A stretch of DNA of 64,000 nucleotides. Source: Myxococcales bacterium. Its GTDB lineage: Bacteria > Myxococcota_A > UBA9160 > UBA4427. The stretch is taken from NCBI GenBank assembly GCA_012960035.1, contig DUBZ01000058.1, forward strand, positions 34,122-98,121. The letters run 5' to 3'. The first letter of the stretch is position 1, and each line of letters starts with the position of its first letter. Below are positions 58,097 to 64,000 of this stretch, piece after piece. Under the pieces are notes generated by a model. It searched no databases. It was not told the origin of the DNA and was given only the letters and a program-made list of their open reading frames with translations. The position numbers were made by a program, and so were the translations under genes.

Positions 58097-58936
58097 TTAG
58101 CGAACCCGCTTTAGGTAGCCGAGCATGCTGTTGGTAAGGACGAATCTTTCGCGGTCGCGATCGACTTCGAATTGGTCGTTTTCCGCTAGGAATTCGCGAA
58201 TCGCGGCGACCCCACCGAGGGGTGTGTCCTGCACGATTACGTAGCTCCCGACTGGAACCATCGGCGCGTAGGCGGCGAGTTCGTTTGCGATGTGTTCCTT
58301 CGTGTGGAGCGAGTCCAGCAAAACAAGCACCTTCTTGCCGGTGACGCGACTTCGTACACTTTCAACGACCTGGGGTGCTGTCGAACTTCCGAGGAGGAAG
58401 TCGACTCGCTTTCGTGCGAGCGGGTGCTGCTTTGCACGCTCTTCTCTTCGGTCTTCGATGTCGATCGTAATCACGCGGCCGGCCGGGTTGACCTCGCGCT
58501 GAATCATGGCCCACAACAGCGCGCTGCCCCCGTTTGCCGTGCCCGCCTCGACGATCACATCGGGGGCGACTTCCGAGATCACTTCCTGTACCACCCAGGC
58601 ATCGAGCGGGTTCTGAAAGGTGCGAACGCCAAGGAATGAACTCTTGTAGATCGGCTTGTGCTTGGACCAAACACGCAAGAAGGCTTTGAGGGCGGCCTGT
58701 TCTTCGCCGGCAGTGAGGCCGACGCCACTCTTGTGCATCTGTTCGCCAAAGAGCTTCGCGTTAGTAGGGCGCTCTTTGTCGTGTGCCTTCGGTTTGCTTT
58801 CTACGGGTGGTGTGTTGGCGGAAGCAGTCGGCGGCTCGGGTTCAGCTTCGTTGTTTGAGCACGAAGGAAGGGCGACCCATAGAACCGCCACCGTTGCAAA
58901 GACAGATACGGCATCGCGACAGCGCTTGTTCATCAT
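58097..58936 (-). CDS. CmcI (cephalosporin hydroxylase/O-methyltransferase) family protein with a lipoprotein signal
   Basis: ATG-ATG at 58931-58936; lipobox 'WVALPSC'; 'FQNPLDAWVVQEVISEVAPDVIVEAGTANGGSALLWA'. Confidence 0.8.
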   Translation of the reverse strand: MMNKRCRDAVSVFATVAVLWVALPSCSNNEAEPEPPTASANTPPVESKPKAHDKERPTNAKLFGEQMHKSGVGLTAGEEQAALKAFLRVWSKHKPIYKSSFLGVRTFQNPLDAWVVQEVISEVAPDVIVEAGTANGGSALLWAMIQREVNPAGRVITIDIEDRREERAKQHPLARKRVDFLLGSSTAPQVVESVRSRVTGKKVLVLLDSLHTKEHIANELAAYAPMVPVGSYVIVQDTPLGGVAAIREFLAENDQFEVDRDRERFVLTNSMLGYLKRVR

Positions 58937-59024
58937 GCAGTCCTCGATAAAAAAACCGCCGCTCTCTAGCAATGCGTCGAAACATCTCAGCAGCGTTGTG
59001 CTCGCGTCTACCCTCGGAGGGGGA

Positions 59025-59411
59025 TTACTCGCCCCTCAGGATTGCGACCACATCGCGGAAGATGTCCATCACGGTTTCGTTCGTGTAGTCAATGAACTCG
59101 CCCGCGTCCATGAAGACGCCGTGTTCCTTGCATGTCTCCAGCTGGATGTGGCGCTGCTTCGGGTCTGTGACTTGGTCCATCTTCGTGTCACAGCGCGGGC
59201 AGTTGATGTCCCGGATCTTGTTGAACTCTTTGCCGACTTTCGGATCACCACTGTCGATGAACTCGGGGCGCCACGCGTCTTTGATCTTCTCAACTTCGCC
59301 GGTGTCAAACCAAAAGCCATTGCAACCCGTGCACTTGTCGAACATCACGGTTCCCTTGATCGTACCAAAACGCTTTTCTTCCATGGCGGCTTCACACTTC
59401 GGGCAGTTCAT
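59025..59411 (-). CDS. double zinc-ribbon (zf-TFIIB-like) protein
   Basis: 'CPKCEAAM...CTGCNGFWFD' and 'CPRCDTKM...CKEHGVFMD'. Confidence 0.8.
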   Translation of the reverse strand: MNCPKCEAAMEEKRFGTIKGTVMFDKCTGCNGFWFDTGEVEKIKDAWRPEFIDSGDPKVGKEFNKIRDINCPRCDTKMDQVTDPKQRHIQLETCKEHGVFMDAGEFIDYTNETVMDIFRDVVAILRGE

Positions 59412-59564
59412 CTAGGACCTCTGTTTTCCGACTTCGGTTGGATTGATCGAGACTCAAGTCGAGACGTGTCTTCGGGGCGAATACCTGCGTTTACTGGCGG
59501 ACGATCGTATCAAACTGCGCCCGTTCGTGAAATCGCCGATTCGCCCGAAACTGCTGCCAGAATG

Positions 59565-60049
59565 TCACTTCACCCGCTTTAGAAACCCGTCCACGTTGAC
59601 CGTGTACAAGAGCCGTTCGCGCAATTTGTCGATTTTGAAGTTGTCGTTCGCTGCGACGAAATCGTAAATCGCGAGGATGCCTCCAACGGGCGTGTCTTGA
59701 ACGACAATATAGCCTTCGACGGGGACCAACTCTACGTAGGCGGCGAGCTTCCGCCGCGAAACGTGACGGTCGCAAAGATGAGACCTGGCTTCGTCTCAGA
59801 AATGATTTCTTGGGTTACCCAGACGTCAAATGGGTTCTGCTAAGTCAAGATCTCCTGAAAGTGGTTCTTGGACATGATGGTGCCGCTGTCATTAATGAGA
59901 TTGAAAAACTTTCCAATGATCTGCTTCTTCTCAATCTCCGGCATCGCGAGAAACTTCGCGCGGTTCTCTTTCACCTTGGAGCCATACTTGGGTTTCTCCT
60001 GGGCGAAGGCAGCTTGACTCGAAAGCAGCACAGAGAAACGCAACAGCAA
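59565..60049 (-). pseudogene. decayed paralog of the CmcI-family gene
   Basis: N-terminal signal-like ORF (track 59840-60049) ends at an in-frame TAG where the intact copy reads F: 'FQEILT*QNPFDVWVTQEIISE' versus 'FLGVRTFQNPLDAWVVQEVISE'. About 85 codons are then missing with a frame change. The C-terminus 'KLAAYVELVPVEGYIVVQDTPVGGILAIYDFVAANDNFKIDKLRERLLYTVNVDGFLKRVK*' matches 'ELAAYAPMVPVGSYVIVQDTPLGGVAAIREFLAENDQFEVDRDRERFVLTNSMLGYLKRVR*'. Confidence 0.7.
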
Positions 60050-60561
60050 GGCTGCAAAGCGGGCCGAATGAACTCGCGATCAATCGGACACCTGGTATTT
60101 CTCCTAAGAAGCGGGACAAAAAGGTAGCGGTTTCGTTGATTCGCGATCTGGCCAGAGGTCGGCCGCGGGTCACGGCAACAACTGGCCACACCTCGAACGG
60201 ACTGATTCAAACCCAAGACCTGCGGAACATGATTCGCCACGACGCTCAATAACATGAAGCCGCATAGCGTTCCACGCGTTGCAACGTGCTGGGATCTCGG
60301 CAATTGGTTAGATCCATGGCGCTACACTCGAAAGCGAAATTGAGCGCCGGCCATGGTTGTGATGGGTGTTGAATGCGGGTTGGCCAGTGGGAGATTCGAT
60401 GCGCCGACTGACTGTGTGGGGAAAAAGATGATTCGTTTCTACGCGTCGATGTGCGTGATTGGAGATAGAGTTACATGACCGCAAACACTCAAGGCTTTCG
60501 CGGCAGATTGCCGTTTGCCGCCTGATGCAAAGACGTGAGTCGGCATCGATTGGAGACTTAC

Positions 60562-60972
60562 ATGAATCGAAGTTTTTCCGTTGCGACATTGTCACTATTC
60601 TTGGTGTTCTTCCTGGTGCTCTCGGCATCCGGAGAAACTGCAAAGAAGTCGAAGGCGCCAAGCATTCGTCCAGCCGAGTTGCATGAACAGCGCACGGCAG
60701 GGAAGGGCCCGCTTGTGATCGACGTTCGTACGCCTGAGGAATATGCATCGGGTCATATCCCCGGCGCGGTCAATATTGCATACGGTGACATTGCGAACCG
60801 AATCGGCGAACTCGACGCGCCCAATGGCGTTGCTCTCTATTGCATGATCGGCCCGCGTGCACGCAAAGGCGAAGCGGCACTGCTCAAGATTGGATACGAC
60901 GATGTCCTGCACATCGAGGGCGGCTTCGCCGCTTGGAAGAAGGCAGGTCTCCCGCTGGAGGCAAAGCCTTAG
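60562..60972 (+). CDS. exported rhodanese-domain sulfurtransferase
   Basis: ATG at 60562 after GGAGA; signal peptide 'LSLFLVFFLVLSASG'; active-site loop 'LYCMIGPRARKG'. Confidence 0.9.
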   Translation: MNRSFSVATLSLFLVFFLVLSASGETAKKSKAPSIRPAELHEQRTAGKGPLVIDVRTPEEYASGHIPGAVNIAYGDIANRIGELDAPNGVALYCMIGPRARKGEAALLKIGYDDVLHIEGGFAAWKKAGLPLEAKP

Positions 60973-61056
60973 TTTTCTAAAGTCGTCGTGACACGATCAA
61001 GAACGGTGCAGCACTGAGGCCACTGCGTGCAGGCTTGAAAGCACGGCCGTGCGCGA

Positions 61057-62433
61057 TCATTCGACGTAACCCAGGGCTCTGAGATGTTGAATCGTCTCGT
61101 GGTTCATCGGTTCATCGATTCGCTGAAGCGCTTTGGTTTCGTCGGCGTAGCGTTTGAGCTCGGAGGACACCGCGTCGTCGATGTCTCTCGCGGCAATTTG
61201 CCAGTTGCCGCCGTCAGTCCAGTCGTATGTGCGGATGTCGCCTTTCTTGAAATCACCCAATCGACCACGCGTACGCAGGCGCATAAATTTGTCGCCGGTG
61301 TAAGCGGAGATCTCGTTGCCGGTATCGGAATAGACACGACGATCGGGCAAAAAGCGCCCAGGGCCAAGGTGTTGACCGATCGCGATTCCCGACATGCCAT
61401 CGGGAACTTGCAAGCCGGCTAGATCAAGGAGAGTCGGAACGATGTCCACGTGATGCACGACATCGGACTTGCGTTCGGGCTTGAGCCCGGGCGCTTTCAA
61501 GACAAAGGGTACGTGACTCAGGTTGGGCGTCGTCGCGTAGCCATGAGAAAAGAAGTAGTCCTCCTCGCCCATGCTCTCACCATGGTCTGACGTAAATAGG
61601 ATGATCGTTTCGTTCGCATCAGTCTCTTCTACTGCCGCCAATAGCCTTCCAAGCCAATGGTCGAAGTAGCGGATCTCTCCGGCGTAGCGGTTACGGTAGT
61701 GGCTAGGCCGGGAAATGTCTTCGATCACCTGGTAAGCCGGCACGCCGTTTGGGCCGCCGTGTTTTTCAAGCATCGGCAGCGGGGCTTCGTCTGCGCCCGG
61801 CGATAAGTGAATCTCACGATCGTAAGGTGAGGGCGGCGTATAGGGACCGTGTGGGTCTTGGTAATGCACCCAAAGAAAGAAGGGCCGCTCGCGACGGACA
61901 CCCAACCACGCGAGCGCGCGTTCCGACGTGAGGTCGGCTGTTCGTTCGAAGGCTTCTTTGCGTTCGCCTTCGGGAATCGGAAGCTCATCGTCGTAGGTCA
62001 AAAAACCTCGTGCCAGGCCAGACGCCCGCTTTAGGTTGACGTTCCCCACGAAGGCAGCGGTGTCGTAGTCGGCGGCGGCGAATAACATGGCAAGCGTCGT
62101 TTCATCAGAGAGACGCGTAGAACCGTTGCCATGACCTACCGAATGTTCGCGCACATATCGCGATGTCATGATCGACGCATGCGAAGGTGCCGTGAGTGTA
62201 CTTGCCGCGATCGCCCGTTCGAAGAGAACGCCTTGTTGGGCAAGGCGGTCGACGTTTGGACTTGTGTTCGCCGGGAAACCGTACGAGCCGAGGTAGTCGG
62301 CACGTAAGGTGTCGACCGTCACGAGAAGGACATTCGGAGGTCGCTCTTCGGGCGCACAGCCGAGGGCGGCCCCCGTCAAGAAGAGGGCAAGGCCGGCTTG
62401 GGCGAGCACCGCGATACGTCTTGTTCCGAACAA
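61057..62433 (-). CDS. sulfatase-like alkaline-phosphatase-superfamily lipoprotein with a Thr at the nucleophile position
   Basis: TTG start; lipobox 'GAALGC'; 'LLVTVDTLRADYLGSYG'; nucleophile segment 'STLTAPSHASIMTSRY' (T-x-P-x-H instead of C-x-P-x-R). Confidence 0.85.
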   Translation of the reverse strand: MFGTRRIAVLAQAGLALFLTGAALGCAPEERPPNVLLVTVDTLRADYLGSYGFPANTSPNVDRLAQQGVLFERAIAASTLTAPSHASIMTSRYVREHSVGHGNGSTRLSDETTLAMLFAAADYDTAAFVGNVNLKRASGLARGFLTYDDELPIPEGERKEAFERTADLTSERALAWLGVRRERPFFLWVHYQDPHGPYTPPSPYDREIHLSPGADEAPLPMLEKHGGPNGVPAYQVIEDISRPSHYRNRYAGEIRYFDHWLGRLLAAVEETDANETIILFTSDHGESMGEEDYFFSHGYATTPNLSHVPFVLKAPGLKPERKSDVVHHVDIVPTLLDLAGLQVPDGMSGIAIGQHLGPGRFLPDRRVYSDTGNEISAYTGDKFMRLRTRGRLGDFKKGDIRTYDWTDGGNWQIAARDIDDAVSSELKRYADETKALQRIDEPMNHETIQHLRALGYVE

Positions 62434-62661
62434 TTTCCTTGACCTCGTGCCTCGTCGCAGACGTCGACACTCTAATTCAGATGCGGGATCGGATCATTCA
62501 CTACGGCAGCCGAATCTTCGCGTGTTCCCGGTTCTTTGGCCGGGGTGCGTTCGCTTTGCGCTTTCGATCAGCCGTCCCTATCGAGTAGGGTTCCGTCTCA
62601 TCCATTCTATGATCGGCGTTGCGCGGCGCATCGCGTCCAGTTCCGTTGACCCGGAGATCCC

Positions 62662-63576
62662 GTGAAGAAATTCATACAACTGCTTCCTTTCTTCGTCGGT
62701 TGGGCGCTCTTGATTGCGAGTCCGAATTTTCGGGCGCTCGGCGCGGTAAACGGCTTCGTTCAGCTTATGCTGTTTACATTCGTGGTTTGCATCCCCGCGT
62801 GGCGCACAGAGCGGATGTCCTACGTCGATATCGGATGGCCGTGGGGGCTTGTCGCGATCGGCGTGATTGCCCTCGTGATGGGGCAGGGGGATTCGCTGCG
62901 AGTCGCGATGGTGGCCGGGCTGTACATCTTCATGGGCGGACGAATGGGGATTTTCGCCGTCAAGCTTTGGCATGTAGGCGCGTTGCAGCGGGAACTCCCG
63001 AGGTATCAGTATCAAACCGTGCGTTGGGAGAGAGCCGGCGAGACCCACGTCCCACTTGCGAGACAAGTGGAAGTTCTCTCCCAGGGTTTGGCGAACGCTT
63101 CTTATCTTTCCTTTCCCGCATTCATTATTGCTGCGAACCCGTCGCCTTCAATTTCGACCGTTGAATTTCTAGGCTTTGGACTGGCGGCTGCAGCGTTTGT
63201 CTTTGAATCCGTCGCCGACATTCAGAAGGTAGGTTTCATCGCCCGAGCCAAAGCCAAGGGCGAACGCAGAAGCGTTTGTAACGAAGGTCTTTGGAGATAC
63301 ACGCGCCACCCGAACTATTTTGGGGAGTGGATGGTCTGGAACGGGCTCATCGTTATGGCGCTTCCCTCGCTCGTACACTTGTTTAAGACGGAAGGGGTCA
63401 TCCTTGCCGTCTTGCTCACGGTGGGGCTCGGCTTTGTGTCGCGACTTTTATATTTCACGCTGGTGTATGGAACCGGGGCCAAGCCGTCTGAGTACTACTC
63501 CGTTCAGAAGCGGCCTGAGTACGCGAACTATCAGCAGACAACCAACATCTTCTTCCCGGGGCCACCGCGCGGTTAG
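62662..63576 (+). CDS. DUF1295 / steroid-5-alpha-reductase-like membrane protein
   Basis: GTG start after GGAGA; 'GLWRYTRHPNYFGEWMVW'. Confidence 0.85.
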   Translation: MKKFIQLLPFFVGWALLIASPNFRALGAVNGFVQLMLFTFVVCIPAWRTERMSYVDIGWPWGLVAIGVIALVMGQGDSLRVAMVAGLYIFMGGRMGIFAVKLWHVGALQRELPRYQYQTVRWERAGETHVPLARQVEVLSQGLANASYLSFPAFIIAANPSPSISTVEFLGFGLAAAAFVFESVADIQKVGFIARAKAKGERRSVCNEGLWRYTRHPNYFGEWMVWNGLIVMALPSLVHLFKTEGVILAVLLTVGLGFVSRLLYFTLVYGTGAKPSEYYSVQKRPEYANYQQTTNIFFPGPPRG

Positions 63577-63749
63577 GCGCTTCTGCTTCTCTTTGTGGGC
63601 GTCGCCCTGGTCGCAAGGGAAGTTCGAGTTTGTGGCGAAGGCCAGAAGCGGCTGTCGCCATAGCAGTGCTGCCTAAGACCTGTCCGGGTGCGTGGCCATC
63701 GCGGGGGTTGGAACGGTAGGCTTACGCCTCAACTATCTCGGAGAGGCGG

Positions 63750-64000
63750 ATGAGCGGTCGCGCAGGAATGAAATTTCGAATTGAAGGCACCGTGGCGCCT
63801 GGGTTCGAATCGGTGAAGCAAGTGTATGAGCATGAGATGCAAACGATGGCGGAGGAGAATACCCAGCTCTGCGTTTACTATCAGGGCGAAAGGGTTGTCG
63901 ACCTCTGGGCGTCGACGACGAACGACCCCGACTTCTCGCCAGATTCGATCGTCAACATTTTTAGTAGCGGGAAGAGTCTCGAGACCATCGCGATCGCATC
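63750..64000 (+). CDS. serine hydrolase (beta-lactamase/esterase family), 3'-truncated by the window edge
   Basis: GGAGAGG RBS; 'VNIFSSGKSLETIAIA' contains the S-x-x-K motif. Confidence 0.75.
   Translation, partial: MSGRAGMKFRIEGTVAPGFESVKQVYEHEMQTMAEENTQLCVYYQGERVVDLWASTTNDPDFSPDSIVNIFSSGKSLETIAIA

Noticed and set aside
47960-59842. Two in-frame TAG codons (47960 and 59840) as evidence for amber recoding or pyrrolysine
   Set aside because: The CmcI copy carries additional lesions (a large deletion and a frameshift), and the other frame lacks a start. No pyl genes are seen. TAG is also used as a normal stop by several intact genes in the window, for example 44741 and 51978.
8800-63800. tRNA-like 'GGTTCGAA' T-loop strings (near 8806, 27845 and 63787)
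   Set aside because: All of them lie inside well-supported protein-coding frames, and none has a flanking acceptor or anticodon stem arrangement.
1-64000. CRISPR arrays, restriction-modification, toxin-antitoxin, prophage or integron features
   Set aside because: No spaced direct repeats, Cas/RM/TA-like proteins, integrase, or phage structural genes were recognisable. The only mobile-element trace is the IS3 remnant.

Overview
This is a GC-rich bacterial chromosomal segment that is almost fully coding. I count about 55 protein genes and recognised no rRNA, tRNA or CRISPR array. All calls rest on reading the supplied ORF translations and the DNA by eye; no searches were run. The content falls into five groups. 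(1) Redox and catabolic enzymes: a P450, two luciferase-like monooxygenases, a PQQ quinohemoprotein alcohol dehydrogenase translationally coupled to a TPP enzyme, a PhyH dioxygenase, MDR and SDR reductases, an amidohydrolase and two deazaflavin-type (DDN-like) proteins. (2) Acyl-CoA metabolism: a thiolase, an acyl-CoA synthetase, a CaiB-type CoA-transferase, an acyl-CoA dehydrogenase and a Nudix hydrolase. (3) An unusually large set of exported or envelope proteins. These are one Cys-type arylsulfatase, two sulfatase-like lipoproteins with Thr in place of the formylglycine Cys, a TPR-bearing GT-C-like membrane protein, DUF3604, two acyltransferase-3 proteins, an SGNH hydrolase, a LolA-like protein, a periplasmic rhodanese, and methyltransferase-fold proteins that carry lipoprotein signals. 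(4) A ZnuA/ZnuB-type metal uptake cluster with a porin-like outer-membrane protein and a small His/Cys protein, but no ATPase. (5) Many gene remnants: an IS3 transposase tail, a PAS-sensor tail, a decayed CmcI paralog and several truncated ORFs. I found no recognisable defence, toxin-antitoxin, phage or secretion system. The best candidate for an undescribed system is the minus-strand module at 35212-40701 (TPR/GT-C-like protein, Thr-type alkaline-phosphatase-superfamily lipoprotein, DUF3604). I rate this as a moderate-confidence inference, not a demonstrated system.
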